Shown: in pieces, positions 1-8,614 of the stretch
Numbering within the stretch: the first letter of the stretch is position 1
Layout: every line of letters begins with the position of its first letter
NCBI GenBank assembly: GCA_946965045.2
Contig: OX337236.1
Coordinates: forward strand, 1-64,000
Origin: Epithemia pelagica
Lineage: Eukaryota > Protista > Bacillariophyta
Reading direction: 5' to 3'
DNA length: 64,000 nt
Program-made: the position numbers and the translations under genes
Notes under the pieces: generated by a model
The model's database searches: none
What the model saw: the letters and a program-made list of their open reading frames with translations, nothing else
What the model was told of the DNA's origin: nothing

Positions 1-526
1 CCCTAACCCTAACCCTAACCCTAACCCTAACCCTAACCCTAACCCTAACCCTAACCCTAACCCTAACCCTAACCCTAACCCTAACCCTAACCCTAACCCT
101 AACCCTAACCCTAACCCTAACCCTAACCCTAACCCTAACCCTAACCCTAACCCTAACCCTAACCCTAACCCTAACCCTAACCCTAACCCTAACCCTAACC
201 CTAACCCTAACCCTAACCCTAACCCTAACCCTAACCCTAACCCTAACCCTAACCCTAACCCTAACCCTAACCCTAACCCTAACCCTAACCCTAACCCTAA
301 CCCTAACCCTAACCCTAACCCTAACCCTAACCCTAACCCTAACCCTAACCCTAACCCTAACCCTAACCCTAACCCTAACCCTAACCCTAACCCTAACCCT
401 AACCCTAACCCTAACCCTAACCCTAACCCTAACCCTAACCCTAACCCTAACCCTAACCCTAACCCTAACCCTAACCCTAACCCTAACCCTAACCCTAACC
501 CTAACCCTAACCCTAACCCTAACCCT
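1..526. repeat. Telomeric repeat array (CCCTAA)n, i.e. TTAGGG on the minus strand; left chromosome end
   Basis: 87 perfect CCCTAA units (1-522) plus CCCT, starting at base 1 of the window. Confidence 0.99.
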
Positions 527-3500
527 TGCGCATCATGTTGCACATCATCATCGCACTCAAATTCACACTCAAAACACAAGACGACAAAATCCACTACACT
601 ATACACCAAGTTCGCATAGCACGAAACACACCTTCCCACTTGATGAACAAAAATCGCAAAACATCAATAGATAAACCATTCAAATACCGTCAAGACACAC
701 CACTTGCGCATCATGTCGCACATCGACATCGCACTCAAATTCACACTCAAAACACAAGACAACAAAATCCACTACACTATACACCAAGTTCGCATAGCAC
801 GAAACACACCTTCCCACTTGATGAACAAAAATCGCAAAACATCAATAGATAGATCATTCAAATACCGTCAAGACACACCACTTGCGCATCATGTCGCACA
901 TCGACATCGCACTCAAATTCACACTCAAAACACAAGACAACAAAATCCACTACACTATACACCAAGTTCGCATAGCACGAAACACACCTTCCCACTTGAT
1001 GAACAAAAATCGCAAAACATCAATAGATAGATCATTCAAATATCGTCAAGACACACCACTTGCGCATCATGTCGCACATCATCATCCCACTCAAATTCAC
1101 ACTCAAAACACAAGACAACAAAATCCACTACACTATACACCAAGTTCGCATAGCACGAAACACACCTTCCCACTTGATGAACAAAAATCGCAAAGCATCA
1201 ATAGATAGATCATTCAAATACCTTCAAGACACACTACTTGCGCATCATGTTGCACATCATCATCGCACTCAAATTCACACTCAAAACACAAGACAACAAA
1301 ATCCACTACACTATACACCAAGTTCGCATAGCACGAAACACACCTTCCCACTTGATGAACAAAAATCGCAAAACATCAATAGATAGACCATTCAAATACC
1401 TTCAAGACACACCACTTGCGCATCATGTCGCACATCATCATCGCACTCAAATTCACACTCAAAACACAAGACAACAAAATCCACTACACTATACACCAAG
1501 TTCGCATAGCACGAAACACACCTTCCCACTTGATGAACAAAAATCGCAAAACATCAATAGATAGATCATTCAAATATCGTCAAGACACACCACTTGCGCA
1601 TCATGTTGCACATCATCATCGCACTCAAATTCACACTCAAAACACAAGACGACAAAATCCACTACACTATACACCAAGTTCGCATAGCACGAAACACACC
1701 TTCCCACTTGATGAACAAAAATCGCAAAGCATCAATAGATAGATCATTCAAATACCTTCAAGACACACTACTTGCGCATCATGTCGCACATCGACATCGC
1801 ACTCAAATTCACACTCAAAACACAAGACAACAAAATCCACTACACTATACACCAAGTTCGCACAGCACGAAACACACCTTCCCACTTGATGAACAAAAAT
1901 CGCAAAACATCAATAGATAGACCATTCAAATACCTTCAAGACACACCACTTGCGCATCATGTCGCACATCATCATCGCACTCAAATTCACACTCAAAACA
2001 CAAGACAACAAAATCCACTACACTATACACCAAGTTCGCATAGCACGAAACACACCTTCCCACTTGATGAACAAAAATCGCAAAACATCAATAGATAAAC
2101 CTTTCAAATACCTTCAAGACACACCACTTGCGCATCATGTCGCACATCGACATCGCACTCAAATTCACACTCAAAACACAAGACAACAAAATCCACTACA
2201 CTATACACCAAGTTCGCATAGCACGAAACACACCTTCCCACTTGATGAACAAAAATCGCAAAACATCAATAGATAGATCATTCCATTACCTTCAAGACAC
2301 ACCACTTGCGCATCATGTCGCACATCGACATCGCACTCAAAGTCACACTCAAAACACAAGACGACAAAATCCACTACACTATACACCAAGTTCGCATAGC
2401 ACGAAACACACCTTCCCACTTGATGAACAAAAATCGCAAAACATCAATAGATAGATGCTTCAAATATACCTTCAAGACACACCACTTACGCATCATGTCG
2501 CACATCGACATCGCACTCAAATTCACACTCAAAACACAAGACAACAAAATCCACTACACTATACACCAAGTTCGCATAGCACGAAACACACCTTCCCACT
2601 TGATGAACAAAAATCGCAAAACATCAATAGATAGATCATTCAAATACCTTCAAGACACACCACTTGCGCATCATGTCGCACATCATCATCGCACTCAAAT
2701 TCACACTCAAAACACAAGACGACAAAATCCACTACACTTTACACCAAGTTCGCATAGCACGAAACACACCTTCCCACGTGATGAACAAAAATCGCAAAGC
2801 ATCAATAGATAAACCATTCAAATACCGTCAAGACACACCACTTGCGCATCATGTCGCACATCATCATCGCACTCAAATTCACACTCAAAACACAAGACGA
2901 CAAAATCCACTACACTATACACCAAGTTCGCATAGCACGAAACACACCTTCCCACTTGATGAACAAAAATCGCAAAGCATCAATAGATAACCCATTCAAA
3001 TACCTTCAAGACACACTACTTGCGCATCATGTTGCACATCGACATCGCACTCAAATTCACACTCAAAACACAAGACAACAAAATCCACTACACTATACAC
3101 CAAGTTTGCATAGCACGAAACACACCTTCCCACTTGATGAACAAAAATCGCAAAACATCAATAGATAGACCATTCAAATACCTTCAAGACACACCACTTG
3201 CGCATCATGTCGCACATCGACATCGCACTCAAATTCACACTCAAAACACAAGACAACAAAATCCACTACACTATACACCAAGTTCGCATAGCACGAAACA
3301 CACCTTCCCACTTGATGAACAAAAATCGCAAAGCATCAATAGATAGACCATTCAAATACCGTCAAGACACACCACTTGCGCATCATGTCGCACATCGACA
3401 TCGCACTCAAATTCACACTCAAAACACAAGACAACAAAATCCACAACACTATACACCAAGTTCGCATAGCACGAAACACACCTTCCCACTTGATGAACAA

Positions 3501-3958
3501 AAATCGCAAAACATCAATAGATAGACCATTCAAATACCGTCAAGACACACCACTTGCGCATCATGTCGCACATCGACATCGCACTCAAATTCACACTCAA
3601 AACACAAGACGACAAAATCCACAACACTATACACCAAGTTCGCATAGCACGAAACACACCTTCCCACTTGATGAACAAAAATCGCAAAACATCAATAGAT
3701 AGATCATTCAAATACCGTCAAGACACACCACTTGCGCATCATGTTGCACATCATCATCGCACTCAAATTCACACTCAAAACACAAGACGACAAAATCCAC
3801 AACACTATACACCAAGTTCGCATAGCACGAAACACACCTTCCCACTTGATGAACAAAAATCGCAAAGCATCAATAGATAAACCATTCAAATACCTTCAAA
3901 ACACACCACTTGCGCATCATCTCGCACATCGACATCGCACTCAAATTCACACTCAAAA
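526..3958. repeat. Subtelomeric 178-bp tandem satellite, 19 full units plus a ~49-bp partial unit
   Basis: Units start at 526, 704, 882 ... 2306, 2486 (one unit has a 2-bp insertion), 2664 ... 3732, 3910. Consensus begins TTGCGCATCATGT(C/T)GCACATC. Top strand is A/C-rich. Confidence 0.99.
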
Positions 3959-3984
3959 TAATAGTAGTCTGAATTGAACAATTT

Positions 3985-6900
3985 TTATTTCGAATTTAGG
4001 CGGCCAAAAAACTGAACTATCTCCGACTGTGACCGGTAGATTTTCTTGAATGCAACGATGAAGGAACACTTTTCTTTTTCAGCATGCTCTGAAATCAATC
4101 TCTTGATTTGCTTTCGATATGGATGAGCACAAACACCACCTTTATAAGCTGGATCAAAGCAACCCAAGCATGCCTTGCGATGTGTGGCGACCCAAGTCAT
4201 GAACTCCTTTCCTTCTGGACTCACATATACGTACTTATGCCCTTGTTTTTGTTTTCGAAGTACACAAATCTCACCTCGACCATGTATACCACCACAATCA
4301 AAGCATGATCCACTTCGACAGTCAACACCGTTACACCCTGGGGTATGGCAGTAGAAACACTTTTCTCGCAATTGTCGAAGGTTTTCGTTTGCCTTTTCCT
4401 TCCAGACGTTCTCCCTTACTTGATTCTCTCGTCGTACAAGGCCATGTTCTTGCACTTCATTGAACTTGTTTCGTTGTGTTGCATATGGATTTGGAACCCG
4501 ACTTTTTTTAGCAAGTGGCTGTATAGCACCGGTAGCACATGGAATAGCTTTTTTAGACATTGTACTTGGTTCCAAGGGTGTTCTTCGGATCACATTTTGG
4601 CCACCTTGCTCAATATCTTTGGCATGTCTTTTTCGTATGCCGTCATTGTCACTGGTTGAATTTCCATCATATATCCACAGAATTCCTTTCCAGCAGTTGG
4701 TGCACCGCCCACACTGGTGTTCTGTATGATATTCGAAACAACGACAGAGGTTTGTCTTCATACATCCCTCTTTAGTCAACCACATCTTCAATCCATGCAT
4801 TGTGAAGCAGTCAGTAACACAGTCAAGGCTTTCCTCATTTGTGAGCAAACCAATTTCTCTCAGATAGTCCAAACGTCTCTTAGTCTTTACCCGGATTGCC
4901 CCATCATTGTTGAAGTCTTGAAACGGGATTAGAATATGGACAGAAGAATTATTTCCACGTTGTGACGGCCTTAGTCTTCCCATGGACTGTACAACATTTG
5001 AGCAATCATACAACATGCCAATGATCATGATTGCTCTGCATCTTTGATTCTCATTACCGACCAAGGTACAGGTCGTTCCCACAAGAATATTTGTAGTACC
5101 GTCTGCACAGGAAGATGCCACGCCATCTCTAACCTGTTGTTCACTCTCCGAAGTTAACTTCTCAACATTCAAGCCAGGATGAGATAAGCACAGTGCTTCA
5201 TAAACCTCCAAAACCATATCCTTGCTTGCACAAATCACGTGGACATGTCGCATGGTCTTCTCAGTCACAATGTCAACGACATCTGCCCCAACAGATTTTT
5301 GTACATATCTCACATGTAAGTCGAATCCATCACCAACTGGGTTCTCTCCCGAGAGATAATCCGACAATCCGTGATATGCAGAACCACTCAAATCGAGGAA
5401 GTCCATCAATTTCTGACCAAAACTCATCGAAATACTTCCAGACATCAGTGTTACGGCGACTCCAAGTGCAGATATTTCCCGTAGACAAGAATAGCATGGA
5501 CGGAAGTCGACCTCTGTAACGATGGTTTGTGCCTCATCGACAAAAATCCCATTCAACTTTCCATTGGAGCACCATCCAGAAAGTTTTGTTAGATGGTCTT
5601 TGAAGAAGGTCGCAAATCCATCGATTGTCATCACTATGACTTCGGGCAAGTCATCCCGTGCAAACCAGTTGGGCCAATTCTCATGACATAGATCGTTCTT
5701 TGCCAACATCTCGACACATAAACCATCATGCAAACCCAAAGTTTGTGATGCCTTTTCCAAGAAGGCTTTGACTTTGACCATTTGATAGCTAGCCAAGAAG
5801 TTGTAGGGCACAAGAAACATGTTGGTCGAAGTCTTCAGTCCTCGAATGGATTCCACCACACAACGCACCAAGATGTTCATGGTTTTGCCCGATCCACAAG
5901 GTTGAAGCATAAGTTTATGTCTTCCCGGTGAATTGGTGCACATATCAATTGCTGTTTCTTGATTGCCTCGGAATGTTGCTTCTTCATTACCCAACAACAA
6001 TCGTAATGCTTCTAACCGATGCTGACGGCTTGTTATTGTCAGCTGATGGCATACCGAGTCCACGATCATACATTTGGTACCGATGTAACGATGAAATCGG
6101 GCATAGTAGATCTCATGACTGTTGCTCACGCGTGTCTGGTAGTTGGACATTGCAGTCTGTTGGGAGTGCTTACTCAACTCACTCAATGCTGTTGAAGAGA
6201 CCAATGCCTGACTGTTGCTGTCTGGAAAGAGCAAGTTCACAAGAGAAGTCCAGAACTGTCGAACAACCACCGAACCAGGACGACTATCCAAGCTGAAAAT
6301 CTCTTGGGCAACATCCTCAAAGAAAAACCTCCGGTCATTACCATATTGTGGAAAAAATCTCCTTGCATTGGGCCCATTCCAAACTTTCAGCACCACAACT
6401 CTGTAGAGAAATAGACACCTTGCTATGATCCGAGGCATCTTGTGTTCAACGGGGGGTCGATCATAAGCTTGCAGTTTGGGTTGTTTACGACTCGGTGCAG
6501 AAACATATAAATCTTGGTAGTTTGTATTTTTCCACCGAAGCTGAGTCACATCGAGACAATGGACCTCTGAGAACCGATCTGCACCACAGCCAAAACCATG
6601 GATGGCAAATTCCATCAAGGCAGTTAGTCGTTCGAACTGACTTTTCACCAGTTCCTTGCATTCCAAATCTTGTGTGTTGGTACCATCTGGTAGCGATCCC
6701 AAACCGTTGGACCACTCCACAATAGTCAAGTCACCATCTAAGCAGAGGAATTTCTCGTATGCCTTTCCGACAAAGCATGCATCAAAAATACCGTGGGCCT
6801 TTTCCACAACCGTAGGAACGACCTTAGACCAAGGTGCTTTTTGGAATGCATGTCCATCAACAATGATATTGAAGAACTCATCGACCACAACCTCCCTTTT

Positions 6901-8250
6901 AGGAGGCTTCTCTTGATATTGCTTCCTCAAAGAATAAATCTTAGGACAGAGAAAGTGTATTGTATGACAATGTCTGTACCGTTCCATGACCTGCTCGACC
7001 AACTTGCCCTGCCCATCGTAGTATTTTAAGCCAGCCGCAACCCCACAGCGAAGCAGATGTAAAAGGTCAGCTAGAAAGAGATGAAAGAAGACATGAGATT
7101 TGAACAACCAAGTATATTCATTGACAGGGGGAAAGGGGGACTCACCAAGTTCTTGAGCGGCAACTCCACATGATTTCAACCTCAAGCCATTCTTCGTCTT
7201 AGTGAACAACCTCTGCCGAGAGAACAGTAACACTACCCCTGAGTCGGACCAACAAGAAATCTCACTGTCGAGTACCAACTCTGTCAGGAGTGACCCAAGA
7301 ACACAATTTTGGAATGCAGTGTCCACAGAGAATCCATCACCTTCAACCTGGCAGCAAAAATAGTTCCATCTCTTCCACTGCCTCTGATGCAGGAAACACA
7401 AGAGAGAGAGGAGTAGAGGTTTCACTCGTTTGTCATAATCATGTCGATGGCTGAAATTCCATGAGTGATCCACATCACCATCATGGAAAGCAAACTTAGC
7501 AATCCGACTCCGAATGTCTGCTGGAATCCCCATTACGATCGAAGCCATCCTGTCCAGAAGGTAACAACCAACCTGATAGAGTCGGTTGATTGCAGTGTTA
7601 TTTCCTCTCTTATGATACTCGGCTTCAAACATAATTCCTTGTTCAATGTCTCCAAGGGCATTCTCCAACGTGCCAGGAATCATATTACTCAGTACATTGG
7701 GCCACCTTCCCAAAGTATCGCTTGGATGCAATAATGGTTCAATCGAACTTGCAAACTCGTTGGGTAACCTGCTGCAGGGCAGCGGCATGGTAAATGTTGA
7801 ATTCTCAACTTGAATTATTGGGGTCCAGTTGGTTTCTTGCTGCATGGTTTCTCTTTGGGGCCTTGGCATGAAGCATCCACACTTCAGCTTGTGGAAGGTC
7901 TTCGGAATCACTTCAGCATTGTTGCAACAACCAGCAGTGTGCTTCTCGCACAAAAGCTTCTTGTGAAACATCTTGTCACAGTGACCACAGAAATACTTGA
8001 TATCTGTTTCCTTGGACTCGTGTATGAAACAATCAAACGGTTGGTTGTTGGCATTCTCCACCAAGTCGTGTATCTTTTTTCCAAGATGTCTTCCAGGGAA
8101 CCGAAATGACACTGCATGAACCTCAGAGCAAGTCTTGGCGTGACGAGCAAGGCACTTCATGTTTGCTCGGAAACCAACACCACAGAGTTTACAGACCAAG
8201 CCACAGGGTGTGGCAAAGTCCACAAGCCCCAAGTAATCGTCAAACTCCAT
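3985..8250 (-). CDS. Telomere-linked helicase (TLH-like): N-terminal Zn fingers + tyrosine-recombinase-like domain + RecQ-like SF2 helicase + RQC-like Zn site + C-terminal Cys cluster; ~1396 aa after removing one predicted 75-nt intron (7071-7145)
   Basis: Open ORF 3985-8277; first ATG at 8250 in gccaccATGg context. Zn fingers CKLC..RHAKTC..H and CGHC..CEKHTAGC. YR-like residues GADRFSEV, SRKQ, VVVRQFW, SKHSQQTAMSNY. Helicase motifs FRGNQETAI, PCGSGKT, FVDEAQ, DFRPCY, QSMGRLR, then C..CGRCTNC. An in-frame GTGAGT...TTTCTAG intron is visible. Confidence 0.9.
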   Translation of the reverse strand: MEFDDYLGLVDFATPCGLVCKLCGVGFRANMKCLARHAKTCSEVHAVSFRFPGRHLGKKIHDLVENANNQPFDCFIHESKETDIKYFCGHCDKMFHKKLLCEKHTAGCCNNAEVIPKTFHKLKCGCFMPRPQRETMQQETNWTPIIQVENSTFTMPLPCSRLPNEFASSIEPLLHPSDTLGRWPNVLSNMIPGTLENALGDIEQGIMFEAEYHKRGNNTAINRLYQVGCYLLDRMASIVMGIPADIRSRIAKFAFHDGDVDHSWNFSHRHDYDKRVKPLLLSLLCFLHQRQWKRWNYFCCQVEGDGFSVDTAFQNCVLGSLLTELVLDSEISCWSDSGVVLLFSRQRLFTKTKNGLRLKSCGVAAQELGESPFPPVNEYTWLFKSHVFFHLFLADLLHLLRCGVAAGLKYYDGQGKLVEQVMERYRHCHTIHFLCPKIYSLRKQYQEKPPKREVVVDEFFNIIVDGHAFQKAPWSKVVPTVVEKAHGIFDACFVGKAYEKFLCLDGDLTIVEWSNGLGSLPDGTNTQDLECKELVKSQFERLTALMEFAIHGFGCGADRFSEVHCLDVTQLRWKNTNYQDLYVSAPSRKQPKLQAYDRPPVEHKMPRIIARCLFLYRVVVLKVWNGPNARRFFPQYGNDRRFFFEDVAQEIFSLDSRPGSVVVRQFWTSLVNLLFPDSNSQALVSSTALSELSKHSQQTAMSNYQTRVSNSHEIYYARFHRYIGTKCMIVDSVCHQLTITSRQHRLEALRLLLGNEEATFRGNQETAIDMCTNSPGRHKLMLQPCGSGKTMNILVRCVVESIRGLKTSTNMFLVPYNFLASYQMVKVKAFLEKASQTLGLHDGLCVEMLAKNDLCHENWPNWFARDDLPEVIVMTIDGFATFFKDHLTKLSGWCSNGKLNGIFVDEAQTIVTEVDFRPCYSCLREISALGVAVTLMSGSISMSFGQKLMDFLDLSGSAYHGLSDYLSGENPVGDGFDLHVRYVQKSVGADVVDIVTEKTMRHVHVICASKDMVLEVYEALCLSHPGLNVEKLTSESEQQVRDGVASSCADGTTNILVGTTCTLVGNENQRCRAIMIIGMLYDCSNVVQSMGRLRPSQRGNNSSVHILIPFQDFNNDGAIRVKTKRRLDYLREIGLLTNEESLDCVTDCFTMHGLKMWLTKEGCMKTNLCRCFEYHTEHQCGRCTNCWKGILWIYDGNSTSDNDGIRKRHAKDIEQGGQNVIRRTPLEPSTMSKKAIPCATGAIQPLAKKSRVPNPYATQRNKFNEVQEHGLVRRENQVRENVWKEKANENLRQLREKCFYCHTPGCNGVDCRSGSCFDCGGIHGRGEICVLRKQKQGHKYVYVSPEGKEFMTWVATHRKACLGCFDPAYKGGVCAHPYRKQIKRLISEHAEKEKCSFIVAFKKIYRSQSEIVQFFGRLNSK

Positions 8251-8316
8251 GGTGGCTGTTGTCGTTCCTATGGTCAAAATAGGTTTGGGACGTATGACCC
8301 TTTGCAGCCAAAAAAG

Positions 8317-8386
8317 AGGCCCTAAAGAGGGTCATTCACCTCAAAAACTGAAAAGGCCCTAACACCAGAGATCATTCACCTCAAAA
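8317..8386. repeat. Two ~37-bp degenerate repeats AGGCCCTAA...TCATTCACCTCAAAA, each containing a CCCTAA hexamer
   Basis: aggccctaaagagggtcattcacctcaaaa (8317) and aggccctaacaccagagatcattcacctcaaaa (8354); related motifs at 13344 and 13401. Confidence 0.75.
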
Positions 8387-8440
8387 TCTTTGAGCGACAA
8401 GAAGGAATATGGTTTACTATGGAGAGTTAATGTAGGTTCT

Positions 8441-8590
8441 GAAATCGACCTTTTTCCGGTCGAAATCGACCTTTTTCCGGTCGCACTAAATATAGCACGC
8501 AGCAATACAGTGATTTGAAATCGACCTTTTTCCGGTCGCGCATGTGATTCTACAGAGTGAACTTAGTGCGCACCGGAAAAAGGTCAATTC
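8441..8590. repeat. Cluster of a 21-bp motif GAAATCGACCTTTTTCCGGTC: three direct copies plus one inverted copy (hairpin/MITE-like)
   Basis: Direct copies at 8441, 8462, 8517. Inverted copy ttagtgcgcaccggaaaaaggtcaattc (8563-8590) pairs with 8462-8489. Confidence 0.85.
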
Positions 8591-8614
8591 CTAGCAAAAC
8601 TATTAGGATCTGAC

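Noticed and set aside
526-3958. CRISPR-like array interpretation of the satellite or of the 13521-13651 array
   Set aside because: No unique spacers of constant length, no cas genes, and a eukaryotic context.
526-3977. Series of ~108-aa ORFs (and 168 aa at 2306)
   Set aside because: Artefacts of the 178-bp satellite: TTG starts recur once per unit and the strand is simply poor in stop codons.
3985-8250. Helitron, Crypton or Starship assignment for the large gene
   Set aside because: The helicase is SF2/RecQ-like, not Pif1, and no HUH Rep motifs are visible. Cryptons lack helicases. Starship captains are stand-alone YRs heading large cargo regions. None fits as described.
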